This document shows, piece after piece, positions 12,764 to 23,067 of a stretch of DNA of 64,000 nucleotides (position 1 is the first letter of the stretch; each line of letters starts with the position of its first letter). The stretch lies in assembly GCA_965202585.1 (NCBI GenBank), contig OZ241827.1, positions 15,314,001 to 15,378,000 on the forward strand, written 5' to 3'. The notes beneath the pieces are model-generated. The model saw nothing but the letters and a program-made list of their open reading frames with translations, did not search any database and was not told the origin of the DNA. The position numbers were made by a program, and so were the translations under genes. The stretch is from Thalia democratica. Taxonomy: Eukaryota.

Positions 12764-13199
12764 AGCAGTTAGTATTTATAGTTTTTGTCAAAGTTTGAAC
12801 AATAAAATACGTGTTTTAGTTGCAGTTGTTTTAAATTATTGTAAATATGTTTCAAATTATTTTAGCTTAAAATATCAACCAACTAAATTAGCTTGTTTTT
12901 ATCTGAATTTAAAAAGATGAATGAAACGTTTCTTATTTAAAATCTAATGCGATTCTAGGCTTCTAATGAGATTTAGCTTTGTATACTTTCTATTGACCCA
13001 CTTGAATATTAAAAAAAACATGTATTAACGTTTAAAGTCATATTGTATTTTTAAATTCCATAAACTTAATGTTATTAACTAAAGTTTAAAGAGTACAGAA
13101 AAGCCGGAGTGCAAAAAAAATTAACTAACTACTGATTTAGACAAAGCTAAACTAAAATTAAATTTCAAATACAAAAAAGCTATAAAATAGCCTTAAAAT

Positions 13200-15000
13200 A
13201 GTTGCTATATAAACAAAAACCAAAACACACTAATTGCAAAGCTTTCGTCCTTTATTTAGAACATTTTTAGTGCAAAAATACGGCTGTAAAAATAAAATAT
13301 AAACATAAAATTAAAAAAAGATATATAAAAAAAAAATTATTGATAAAATGACATCTATTTATTAACAGTAAACAAAACACTTTTTTTTTAATTTCTAAAC
13401 AAAAAAACACATTTACTTTATGCTTATAATATTAAAAAGAGTTAGGTTTTATAAAATTACATATGTACATTAATATATAAGTATATGTTAAGATCTACTA
13501 AGTAACACAAAAAAAAATAAAAAAGATGCATCTAACAAAATGTACTTTAACTATTTTACCCCTATAAATCACTGTATTGTGTTTTAGATAAATTATTATT
13601 TTATTTGAGTTTATTTATTCAAAAATTTTCTTTATAGTTAAGATTCTTAAAATCTGGTTCTTCCAAAAAAGCTACTTTCTACGCGCCATCAAAACCAACT
13701 TTCTGTAGATCGTTCTTGTGTTTAAAATAGTAGTGTCTATATAACGCATTTTTATCTGTTATATCTTTTGGGTTAAAATTTGATTCTGATCTATTCCAAC
13801 TAAATCTGTGTGCTGTCCATCTTGTACTGAAGCTATTTTTAGTTTGTCCTACATAGTTGCTATTACATTTTATGCATATAGCTACGTAAATTCCATAACT
13901 CTTGCAGTTCAGATTTGGTTTCAATTTTATTGTTTTACCCTGAATTTTTTAAATTTCGTTACCAAAAACCATGTTTTTATGTTTGCCATGATTTCCACAT
14001 AGTGCGCATTATTGCTTAATTTAGCCTTTGTTTGTTTTTGTTTTGCAATCTGACTATAATTGTTTAGAAGTGTACTTAGACTCGCTGGTTTTGTAAAAGA
14101 TATTTTACCTAAAGGGAAAAGTTTTGTTTCCTCTTAAGTGAAATTTAGGAGCTTCTTAAATTGAGTAGACCAATAGACATTTTTGTTTTTAGTTATGTTT
14201 TTTTGTTCAATTGGAACGTTCTCAATCTTATTTTTGCAATAAATTTTCTTAAATTGGTCTACTAGTAATTTGGGATTAAAATTGGTTGCTAGACATTAAG
14301 TTTTAAGTTTTTTAAACTCTCATAATAATCTTCTTTTCTTTCATTTATTCTTTTCATTCTTTTTTCTTCACCTGTAATAATACCTTTAAAGATTTTCACT
14401 GAGTGAAAAGATTTTATGTTCAAAAAGGTAAAATTTACAGCGGTAGCTTTTGTAAAATTTCTGGTATAGAAAAAAACTTTTTTCGTTTGCTTCAGTAAGA
14501 ATGTGCTCAATATCTAGAAAAGGCAACTTATCTACCTCATTTTCTGCCGACATTATTGTCGATGTCAAATCTAGATCGTACTCCTTAAATGTTTTCTTCA
14601 GATCTTTAATTATTACTTTTGATACTAAAATACTCTAAGATATTAATAATATATCATCAATGTGACGTCTTATAAATAGTAATTTATTTAATATAGTAGA
14701 TTTCGTCATTATGTAATGTAATGAAATATTAGCTATGACAATGGAGTTGTTATCACCTGTGATTATACCCTTCTTTTGTTTTAAATATTTTTCCTGGAAA
14801 ACTATGAAGTTATTACGTAAAGCTATTTCTGATAGACTTACTAAGTGTTTGATCATCGGTGTCTCAATATCCGAGCACAATTCTAGAGCTTCCACAAGAG
14901 CTTTGTTGACTAAAATTTCAATTTTTTTATTTTTCAAAATATTAAAAAATAATCTGTAACATCGGCTTAAGTTTATTTATAATTTACAATGTCTTCATTT
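13200..15000 (-). mobile_element. Decayed, 5'-truncated Penelope-like retroelement (RT + GIY-YIG endonuclease)
   Basis: Frameshifted fragments: DVTDYFNI-like RT motif near 14960, KQKKGIITGDNNSIVIAN, RRHIDD (YxDD site mutated) and LPFLD. GIY-YIG fragment CKSYGIYVAICIKCNSNYVGQT...RWTAH at 13679-13924. Confidence 0.88.
13234..13275 (-). ncRNA. Remnant minimal type I hammerhead ribozyme (core mutated)
   Basis: Minus strand TTGCA-CTAAAAA-T-GTTCT-aaataa-AGGAC-GAAA-GCTT-TGCAA. Stem I is TTGCA/TGCAA, stem II is GTTCT/AGGAC, GAAA is intact, stem III is the palindrome AAGCTT. The CUGANGA box carries two G>A changes. It lies at the 3' end of the Penelope-like element. Confidence 0.7.
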
Positions 15001-15141
15001 TACATGTACCAGAGAAAAAAGAAACATTTACAATAGTGTAATCAAAAATTAAACCTTATTAAGACTTTTTATGAAATCAAGCTAATTTTTTTGTCTGTAA
15101 TATTTTCTTTTAAAGGAAGTATAAATAATATTGGTTATAGT

Positions 15142-15169
15142 TATATATATATATATATATATATATATA
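15142..15169. repeat. (TA)n microsatellite, ~14 units
   Basis: Directly visible. Confidence 0.95.
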
Positions 15170-16914
15170 CAAATACTCTTTATAGCATGGATTGCCTTCG
15201 TTTCCAAGTCTTGGGCCGCACTTTCTAGAAAAAAAAAATCTTTTGCGGACAGCATTTTCAAAATGGCTGTAGTTTGTAATACAAAAACAAAGTTTTTAAA
15301 CAAAAATCTGTAATAAAAGAGCATTAAGGAATCTATATACAAATTTACAGACAAATCTATCATGTGGAATATAACTATTTTTCTAGGTTTTTACAAGCGA
15401 TATTTCTGTTAAAAAAATTGATATAATATATGAACCGAATCGAAATCACAGATTACTGTAATAAACGGGTAAGATGCCTAACGAAAAATATATAAAAAAC
15501 ATTTAATGCGAAACTTGAACTTGTCTCTTAGCAACAAGCATGTCAATGCGCGGCTGGATTTTGGATAGACTGAGACAGGCAGATAAGGTTGGAGTTAGCA
15601 TAAGGTTTCTTTGCTTTGTTTTAATGTTTGTTACATGCGAAAAGCCAAACTCGCAAAGATAAATGGTGGTGAATGGTAAAAGAAATTTTAAGACGGGGTA
15701 ATCCGAAGTTGCACATACCCAAAAAATTTTATTTAGTTTTATTGTGTAAACATTTAGAATTTGTTTTGATTGCTCCTACATTGTTTACTTTAGTTATAAT
15801 ATCAGTATTTTCGTGACTTCACTAAAAATATAAATTCAAAAAACCTGCAAAAATTTGCGCAACCAGGATTTCTAATAATAATGAATACCCATTAAACGTC
15901 CTACCGCAAGATACACACTAAGCAGATTAATGAATGCTATAATTATATATGTTTTCCATTTTATGTGTTCCATTTTTTTGAAGTTTTATGATTTATGTTT
16001 TTTTTTCTTTCAAATGTCTTTTTCAAATTTTAAAAGGCTTCGCGGAACCCCATTTCAGAAGCACTGTTCTACATGTTATGTATAAAACACTTGTTATTTT
16101 ATTTTTTAAGTTGTATAACTTAACTGTGGGTAGACTCGCATAAGTTTTTGTTTTGCCAAGTTTATTTGCAAGTTTTTTAATCAAAAGAAAATGTGGTTCT
16201 AAAGTGTAAATCTATCAAAGTTGTTGAAAATATCAACGAAAATTTTTACGTGAATTTAGAAGCGATTTATAAACATTAAAAAACCGAAGAAAAACTTGTA
16301 AAAAAACTTGTAAAAAAAGTAAGTTTCAGAAGAATAGTTATTATTTTTAATTACTTGCTAAACTGTTGCGACAAAAATAGTTAATTTCATAACAAATTAA
16401 GGCATTCATATTTAAAGCTAAAAAGAATCTCAAAAACATTTCATTAAAAAAATTAACTGCATATATAGACAGGTTTAAACTCAGGATTGTTGCAATGTAC
16501 GAATGATTATTAAAAATATGAAATAATTAAAAAAGATGGAATGACAAAATATTTGCAAGAGGTCGTGGACTACTATTTGTATATTTGTTTACTAACAGTT
16601 ATAGAAATTGGTATAAAAATTACGAAACTGTTTGTTTAAATTGAAGAATTTTTAAAGAACGCGAGTAGTATTTTAGCTTTGTTAAAATAATATTGTTCGG
16701 AAAAAAAAATGTTGTGCTAAGTATATTTAAAGTTTGTTGATAAGCTAAATTTGATTTCAAGTTCGATAGACTTCAGTTCTAAAAATTGTACCGAGAAAAA
16801 TATTGAAAAACAACACATTCTGTTTTATGATTAAAACACAATTAAAATATCATACAAAAAAAAATTCGGTATTCAAAATAAAACGTGGAAAATATTTAAA
16901 GCAAATAATGATTG

Positions 16915-17092
16915 CTAATTATTATTTTCCAACGAAATTCTCCCAAGACTTTCCATGAGGTCCCTGTCAACACTGTTCAAAGCTTCGGACTTCTCCGACT
17001 GGAAATTTTCTTCTTCAACATTTTCATTCACGCTTGTTTCGATCAAACAAATCGGTTTCAATTCGATCTTGACCAAGTCTGAAGTTCCAAAC
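16915..17092 (-). other. Possible orphan terminal coding exon (FGTSDLVKIELKP...SLGRISLENNN*)
   Basis: GC-richer than its flanks, with an open frame using host-like codons (GTC AAG ATC, TTC CAG, GAC CTC), an AG before 17092 and TAG at 16915-16917. No recognisable domain. Confidence 0.35.
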
Positions 17093-17654
17093 CTTGAATT
17101 GTTTACACGACAAATTTACAAGCGTAACGATTTAATAAAACTCTGAAATTATATTTTTCAATTATTTGGAACTGAAATATGTATTTATATTTTTTATTTT
17201 TTAGATTAGTTGTTAAAGAATAACACATGAACAAATATTTTAAAAACTAATTAAATTAAAAACTTCAGCATAAATTCTAAAACAACAAAATGCTCGTTTA
17301 AAAAAAAAACTATGACGATTTTAGCAGTTTTAGTTTGATTAGAATTTTGTACAGCAAGAAGAAGTATCAACAAATATTAACAGTAAGAATATTTTAGTTT
17401 TAAGTGACTCAAATCTTCCCTTGCTTGTGTGTTGTTCTTCGTGATTTTTTGTCTTTATCGATCGTTTTAAATTAAAAATTTTTTTTTATTTAACAAAAAA
17501 TCTACAAATTTATTAATATTCGTTATATTGCTTAAATTACTTTCAAATTCTTCTTCAGTAGGCAATTAGAACTGATTAATTCAAAATTAAAAGTTTAAAA
17601 AAGTTTTTTGATTATACATTTCTAAACAACTTAACAAGTTAAGGTTATACGCAC

Positions 17655-18532
17655 TATCTTTCGCACGTTGCTTGTGGTTGTTCTGATGGACCAGGTTGGC
17701 TACGGCGCGAAGAGTGTGGGTCAACACCCCTTTTGTTAATCCCTCTGTCTATGTTACGTTGGCTACAGCGAGTTTCGGGGTTGTTGACCTTGTCTAAAGT
17801 ATGATGTATGTTCTCTTTAGAGAACATACTATCCTTTTTGGGGGGCTTGGATCTATTACTCATTGTGCTATACCAAGAGTTAGGTGTGGCCCACTAGTTT
17901 ATTTTAAAATTAATTAAATTTGGTTTGTAAATTTCAGAGATTATTAAGAGCACCAAAAACTGCTTGCTACTTAGTTAATTATCAACAACAAAGCTTATAT
18001 ATTCAATTTTATGTAACCATATTACAGATAATTTCAATATAATTAACTATTAACACCAAAGTTTATTTATTTAAATTTATGTAAAATCAAATTACAGATA
18101 ATTTCAATATAACTAAGTATTAACACCAAAGTTTATTTATTTAAATTTATGCAAAACCAAAAGTACAATTAACTTCAATTTAATTTTATCAACAGCAGAG
18201 TTTATTTATTCAAATTTATGCAAACCAAAAGCACAATTAACTTCAATTTAATTTTATCAACAGCAGAGTTTATTTATTCAAATTTATGCAAACCAAAGTA
18301 AAATTAACTTCAATTTAACTTTATTAGAAATATCAATTTAAGAGACAGAACTAAAAATAAGAGATTAATAACAATACTCACAATTTAGCACATAGAAAAG
18401 TTTAGCTTGAGCTGCCACAAATCTAATAACTCAATCTAAGGCGGCAATTTTAGAGAGTTAACAAATTAATAAAAAACCCCTAATTAGAGAAAACTCTTTT
18501 GCTGAATTTAATTTATAGCCAGAGGCGTTACA
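17655..18532 (-). repeat. 3' LTR (878 bp)
   Basis: Direct repeat of 22859-23807. Contains a ~69-bp minisatellite with one unit fewer than the 5' LTR. Confidence 0.93.
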
Positions 18533-18544
18533 TTTTCCCCTCTT
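18533..18544 (-). promoter_or_regulatory. Polypurine tract AAGAGGGGAAAA
   Basis: Purine run directly abutting the 3' LTR start (TGTAAC) on the minus strand. Confidence 0.8.
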
Positions 18545-19059
18545 ATTAAATATTTTTAGAATTTTAACTTGGGTTTTTTAGATAAACATTAGTTTTAAGG
18601 TGTTAAACGTTTGTTAAACTGAAAAAAACTTTAAATATAGTCAAGGTGAAAACCATTATACACTAGAGCACTCAACTTAGAGATATATAAGCATGCAACA
18701 TAAGTTTATAACTTTCTTTTTGTAATTTACATGTAATAATCAGAAATAATATTTTAAGAGATACTTATGATCATCAACTTTATGTGCTAGAAGGTACTTG
18801 CATATAACAACATTTATGAGCTAATTCAAAATCTGGATTTAAACACTCTACTAGCTATTTTTAAAGTAAAATTAAAACTATAAGTATTTAAATGTAGTAA
18901 ATGCTTAAGACACTTTTTAAGTGTGGTAAAAATGCTTTTTTTAACAAAATAAAAAAGAAATTCTAAAGAAATTGTAAAGAAATGACTTTTTTAAATATAA
19001 ATTTACAAATTCCTAATTACAATCATGAGTCAAAAATTTTTTTAAAATTCAATGTTTAC

Positions 19060-19540
19060 CGTTCATGATGACGGTTCCTTACTCTTACACTGGAGGTTGA
19101 GGCTCGGCCTCTTCTTACTCGCCTTCTCCTCCTCTTCTCTGGTTGCTCCAGCTGCGGCCGCTCTTCTTGTAGTGGTTCTCCCGGAACTCTGGCGGGAAGT
19201 TTGGCTCCACTGACGTCCTTCTCCGCGAATTAATCGCTGGCGACCTGGCGTTGTTCACCATCGTCATCACTGATAACGGATTCGAGGGTCTGCTTGACAT
19301 CATCAGCAGACGGGTTGGCATTGCCCCCATGGCATCCGAAGGTGTGCTGCCATGTATGCATTTCCAGACGAATCGACATCGTCACTACAATTCTGCTTTA
19401 CGTAGTGGCAGCCTGTTCTTATTAGAATGGTTCATTCTGAGGTCTCTGGGGTGTGGCAGTTCGACTTACCCCACCAAACTAGATGAGTGAAAGTTATTGA
19501 GCCATGATTTTTACAATTTGCTTGGCAAGCTTTCCCAGTG
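19060..19540 (-). other. GC-rich exon-like island inside the LTR element (degraded ORF with acidic stretch and RRRRRVRR basic tract)
   Basis: Acceptor tcctgtttag before 19540 and donor G/gtaaac after 19060. Frame MSIRLEMH...ESVISDDDGEQ..SD*FAEKD...EKRRRRRVRRGRAS...HHER has an in-frame TAA at 19230-19232. Confidence 0.4.
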
Positions 19541-19849
19541 CTAAACAGGAGACAACCAAAACTCAATGCAATATAGAAAATTTTAGATTTTTATATAAAA
19601 TATCACACAGTACCTATTTTAGCTAAGATAATTACAAAAAAAAATACATGTCTATAAGATACCAATTTTTAATGGTTGTACAAATAAATATAAAATCAAA
19701 AACCCCATTAATTTTAAAATTAAAAAAATTCTTAAAGTTAAGTCATTTAACAGTAATATAAAAAATGCAAGCAGCTTCTAGGTATTGTACAAAATAATCA
19801 GTGAAAATCAACTGTTGCTTATTTGAATAAGCCCTTAAGTAGTATTCAT

Positions 19850-21379
19850 CTAAAAAGTACCAAATATCTTTTTATGCTTGTACAAAAAAACACCAGGTCT
19901 CCTGGCTTTGACCATGGCAGGCTTGTAATTATCCAATATTATCTCGAGCTTGTAGTTGTGTTTTGGCTTTGCGTGGTAGGTTGGCTTCCTGGTAATTTCA
20001 GGGAAGTCCATTAATAGTCTTTTGCATTTTTCTTCTAACGGAGTCGTATTCTTACCACCCAGATTGATGTGGTTGACTGAAGCGACTATAGGGGTGGGCA
20101 ACTCAGCAGGTGCGAACAGTCTAGCTGATTCGTTTGACCCCATCTTGCATAGTTGAGAGGTAGATGGCAGGATCGCTAGTTCGTTCTTTCTTAACAGGTC
20201 CATGCCAATAATGCCAAAGTGGCGTGATTCTTGAGTAACCCAGAACGAGTGGTTAATGGGTTCTAAATTCCCCAATTGAAGTTCGACATCCGCGCTACCA
20301 ATAGGGTGGGTTGTTTTGTTACCAAACCCTTGGATGGTTCTACTTTGTTTAGGAAAATATTTGTCTATACCGTTAGTCAATTCCTTCGGCAGGATTGAAA
20401 TTTCGGATCCGCTGTCAACCAAAAAAATGACATTTGTGTTTGAATCCGCTACAAATAGTAGGCCCTGAGGGAGGTTCTTCGGTTTGGGTGCAGGGAATTT
20501 ATTTAGTTGAAATGTCCATTTTTTTACACTTTTATCTTTGTTGTGATTGGTAGTGTCGAGAGATTTTTGTTGTGACTCTGGCTGCGGTTGCGCTGACCGT
20601 TGGGACTGCCCGTTGTGGTGCTGGCTAAGGTAGCTCGGATCGTTGGCGCTGGTCGTGGAGGTGCTGGCTTCAGTGGCGCTGACCGTTGACGCTGGCCCTG
20701 GTGATGCTGGCTGTGTTTGCGCAGACCGTTGGGACTGCCCATTGTGGTGCTGGCTAAGGTGGCTCAGATCGTTGGCGCTGGTCGTGGAGGTGCTGGCTTC
20801 AGTGGCGCTGACCGTTGACGCTGGCCCTGGTGATGCTGGCTGTGTTTGCGCAGATCGTTGGGACTGCCCATTGTGGTGCTGGCTAAGGTGGCTCAGATCG
20901 TTGGCGCTGATCGTGGAGGTGCTGGCTTCGGTGGCGCTGACCATTGACGCTGGCCCTGGTGATGCTGGCTGTGTTTGCGCAGACCGTTGGGACTGCCCAT
21001 TGTGGTGCTGGCTAAAGTGGCTCAGATCGTTGGCGCTGGTCGTGGAGGTGCTGGCTTTGGCGGCGCTGACCGTTGACGCTGGCCCTGTTGATGCTGGCTG
21101 CGGTTGCTCAGAACTTTGGTTCTCATCAGGTGTTTCTGCTGCACTACGTGAGGCTGTTTGCTTTATATGAAAAGTCATCTTCGGTTTGTTTGAAGGTGTG
21201 GACACTTCATTTCCTGGATGACTTATAGTGCAGTTTGAGGCATTTCTGGTTGGTCTCGGTTGAGATGGGGGTTGCTGTCGAGGGGCGGTTTTATTTACCA
21301 ATTGGACAGCTTTTGTGTGAGATAGTGTAGCCCCAATCACTCTCCCTCTCACTGCAGAGAGTTTGGGATCTCGTTTTTT
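19850..21379 (-). CDS. Truncated pol in the -1 frame: repeat-rich spacer + retropepsin, broken at the start of RT
   Basis: No ATG start (the ORF track used GTG). Contains IFLVDSGSEISILP and the pre-RT linker ...YKPAMVKARR, then switches abruptly into AT-rich sequence at ~19895. Confidence 0.85.
   Translation of the reverse strand, partial: KKRDPKLSAVRGRVIGATLSHTKAVQLVNKTAPRQQPPSQPRPTRNASNCTISHPGNEVSTPSNKPKMTFHIKQTASRSAAETPDENQSSEQPQPASTGPASTVSAAKASTSTTSANDLSHFSQHHNGQSQRSAQTQPASPGPASMVSATEASTSTISANDLSHLSQHHNGQSQRSAQTQPASPGPASTVSATEASTSTTSANDLSHLSQHHNGQSQRSAQTQPASPGPASTVSATEASTSTTSANDPSYLSQHHNGQSQRSAQPQPESQQKSLDTTNHNKDKSVKKWTFQLNKFPAPKPKNLPQGLLFVADSNTNVIFLVDSGSEISILPKELTNGIDKYFPKQSRTIQGFGNKTTHPIGSADVELQLGNLEPINHSFWVTQESRHFGIIGMDLLRKNELAILPSTSQLCKMGSNESARLFAPAELPTPIVASVNHINLGGKNTTPLEEKCKRLLMDFPEITRKPTYHAKPKHNYKLEIILDNYKPAMVKARRPGVFLYKHKKIFGTF
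20585..21107 (-). repeat. 129-bp (43-aa) coding tandem repeat x4
   Basis: ASTVSATEASTSTTSANDLSHLSQHHNGQSQRSAQTQPASPGP repeated. Period 129 (ccgtt at 20597 and 20726). Confidence 0.95.
21332..21379 (-). promoter_or_regulatory. -1 programmed ribosomal frameshift signal (A AAA AAC + hairpin)
   Basis: Slippery heptamer in the Gag frame at 21379-21373, a 5-nt spacer, then stem CCCAA-ACTCTC / GAGAGT-(GA)-TTGGG. The -1 frame is open into the protease. Confidence 0.8.
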
Positions 21380-23067
21380 GCATGAGGCTGAGATATGGTT
21401 TGATGGCGCATACTACATCTCCTGTCAAAACAGGTACGGGTATTTACACCAAATCTCTGATGGTTTCTGCATATAATTTCATTGTTGTTAATGGCTGTCC
21501 ATTGCTGCTGTGCTTGGGCTGGTCTGTTTTGATTTGAGCGCGGGGCATTGCTATAGTTTATATTCCTAGCTCGTCCCATTGCCTCTTGCTCATTTGTGTC
21601 AAGCATTACTTTCCAAGCAATTTGAAAGTCTTTGTCTTTCAGGTGAAGCTTCTCCCGTAAACGATTTTTTAAACGAGGAGGTGCTAAGTGTATTGTGAGA
21701 AATTTTGTTAATACACCTTCATTTCTGAACTCAGCTAACCAATGATTAATCTCATCACTTAGTTCCCTACTTGACATGGAGTGCCTGTCAGTTCTTGCCA
21801 GTAGCACGTTGCTTACTCGCGCTTGCCCACTCATTAGGAACTCTTTCAACGTGTCGTAGTTCCTATCTTCTGGTTTATATCTGTGGTAGTAGCTCTCTCT
21901 CTCTTTCCAGGTCACTAATGTTTCAAGCAGCCTGTAAAGATCTTGATCCGATCGAATGTCATAATCGTTGGCGATCTTCTCAAAGTGTTTTAGCTTTCTT
22001 TTTAACTGCTCTGTATCGCGCTTTAAGTATCCGATTTGACTGACAAGATCGCCCTTTTTCTGCATTAGTTTATACAGCTGGCTTGTTGTTGTGCGGGGCG
22101 TACTGCCACCTATGTCTACTGTGACGTCATACCTACTATCTTCTGGCTGGGGTTGGCAGTTGTACGACGGACTGCGAACACATGGTTGGAAGTTTTCTTT
22201 CACACCTGACCCTCCTTGCTCTACTGAAGGTCCTCTATAGTTCGGAGGAGAGCGACTGGTCACCTGGCTCCTTGGTAGGTCTTGAGCCTTTGAGGTGTGT
22301 GAAACCTGGTGGGGAACCTGGATTTGAGGATCCATGTATGTATTCTGTCTACCCTGAGTTGAGATGTCGTGATTTGTCCTTGTGGATGGATTTGGACTTC
22401 TCAATTCATGTAATTCTTCTTGTAATTTTCGAAATTCCTCTTGAAGTTTAGCCTGTCGAATTTGTTCCTTCAAATCTTTGATCCCCTGTACTAACTCCTC
22501 GGCACTCAGTTCTTGAGGTGGCACTTGAATAGGGGGTCTCCTGTTATTTTGGAGGGAATAGTCCATGTTTAAGTTGTTAGGTTGGAGTTGTTGTTGGAGT
22601 GGCAAAGGTGAGGTTCTTGCTGGAGGAATGGAGCTGTTGCTAGGTGTAGAATTTTGTTGGGGTGGGTAGCTTTGTCTTGGCAGACCACTTGGATTAGGCT
22701 GGTCTCTAGGTTGTTGATAACTGCCCATTGCTGCCTGGGGTTCTTCCTCCTTTTGGTTATTTCCTGACTGATCCCCCCCTACGTTCATGTCAATCTCGGC
22801 ACTGATTTCTATACCCTGTGTATCAATTAAAGCGTGTTCACTCACGTCGTGGTCACCATATCTTTCGCACGTTGCTTGTGGTTGGTCTGATGGACCAGGT
22901 TGGCTACGGCGCGAAGAGTGTGGGTCAACACCCCTTTTGTTAATCCCTCTGTCTATGTTACGTTGGCTACAGCGAGTTTCGGGGTTGTTGACCTTGTCTA
23001 AAGTATGATGTATGTTCTCTTTAGAGAACATACTATCCTTTTTGGGGGGCTTGGATCTATTACTCAT
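21349..23067 (-). CDS. Gag-like protein, 572 aa
   Basis: Q/P/S-rich N-terminus, two coiled-coil segments, capsid-like helical region (YDTLKEFLM) and terminal CRNHQRFGVNTRTCFDRRC knuckle. Confidence 0.88.
   Translation of the reverse strand: MSNRSKPPKKDSMFSKENIHHTLDKVNNPETRCSQRNIDRGINKRGVDPHSSRRSQPGPSDQPQATCERYGDHDVSEHALIDTQGIEISAEIDMNVGGDQSGNNQKEEEPQAAMGSYQQPRDQPNPSGLPRQSYPPQQNSTPSNSSIPPARTSPLPLQQQLQPNNLNMDYSLQNNRRPPIQVPPQELSAEELVQGIKDLKEQIRQAKLQEEFRKLQEELHELRSPNPSTRTNHDISTQGRQNTYMDPQIQVPHQVSHTSKAQDLPRSQVTSRSPPNYRGPSVEQGGSGVKENFQPCVRSPSYNCQPQPEDSRYDVTVDIGGSTPRTTTSQLYKLMQKKGDLVSQIGYLKRDTEQLKRKLKHFEKIANDYDIRSDQDLYRLLETLVTWKERESYYHRYKPEDRNYDTLKEFLMSGQARVSNVLLARTDRHSMSSRELSDEINHWLAEFRNEGVLTKFLTIHLAPPRLKNRLREKLHLKDKDFQIAWKVMLDTNEQEAMGRARNINYSNAPRSNQNRPAQAQQQWTAINNNEIICRNHQRFGVNTRTCFDRRCSMRHQTISQPHAKNEIPNSLQ
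22841..22858 (-). promoter_or_regulatory. Primer-binding site, tRNA-Trp-like
   Basis: TGGTGACCACGACGTGAG immediately after the 5' LTR. It matches TGGTGACCCCGACGTGAT, the complement of the vertebrate tRNA-Trp 3' end as I recall it, at 16/18. Confidence 0.85.

Noticed and set aside
11818-12920. Several overlapping antisense and alternate-frame ORFs over the RING gene
   Set aside because: They are by-products of the 21-bp repeat and the sense CDS, with no independent motifs.
15082-15363. 93-aa and 60-aa ORFs
   Set aside because: They run through a (TA)n microsatellite (YIYIYI) in AT-rich DNA.
17654-17863. 69-aa ORF as a separate gene
   Set aside because: It is the 3' LTR copy of the Gag N-terminus.
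20643-23008. Plus-strand ORFs of 175, 90, 89 and 73 aa
   Set aside because: They are antisense shadows of gag/pol and the 129-bp repeat.
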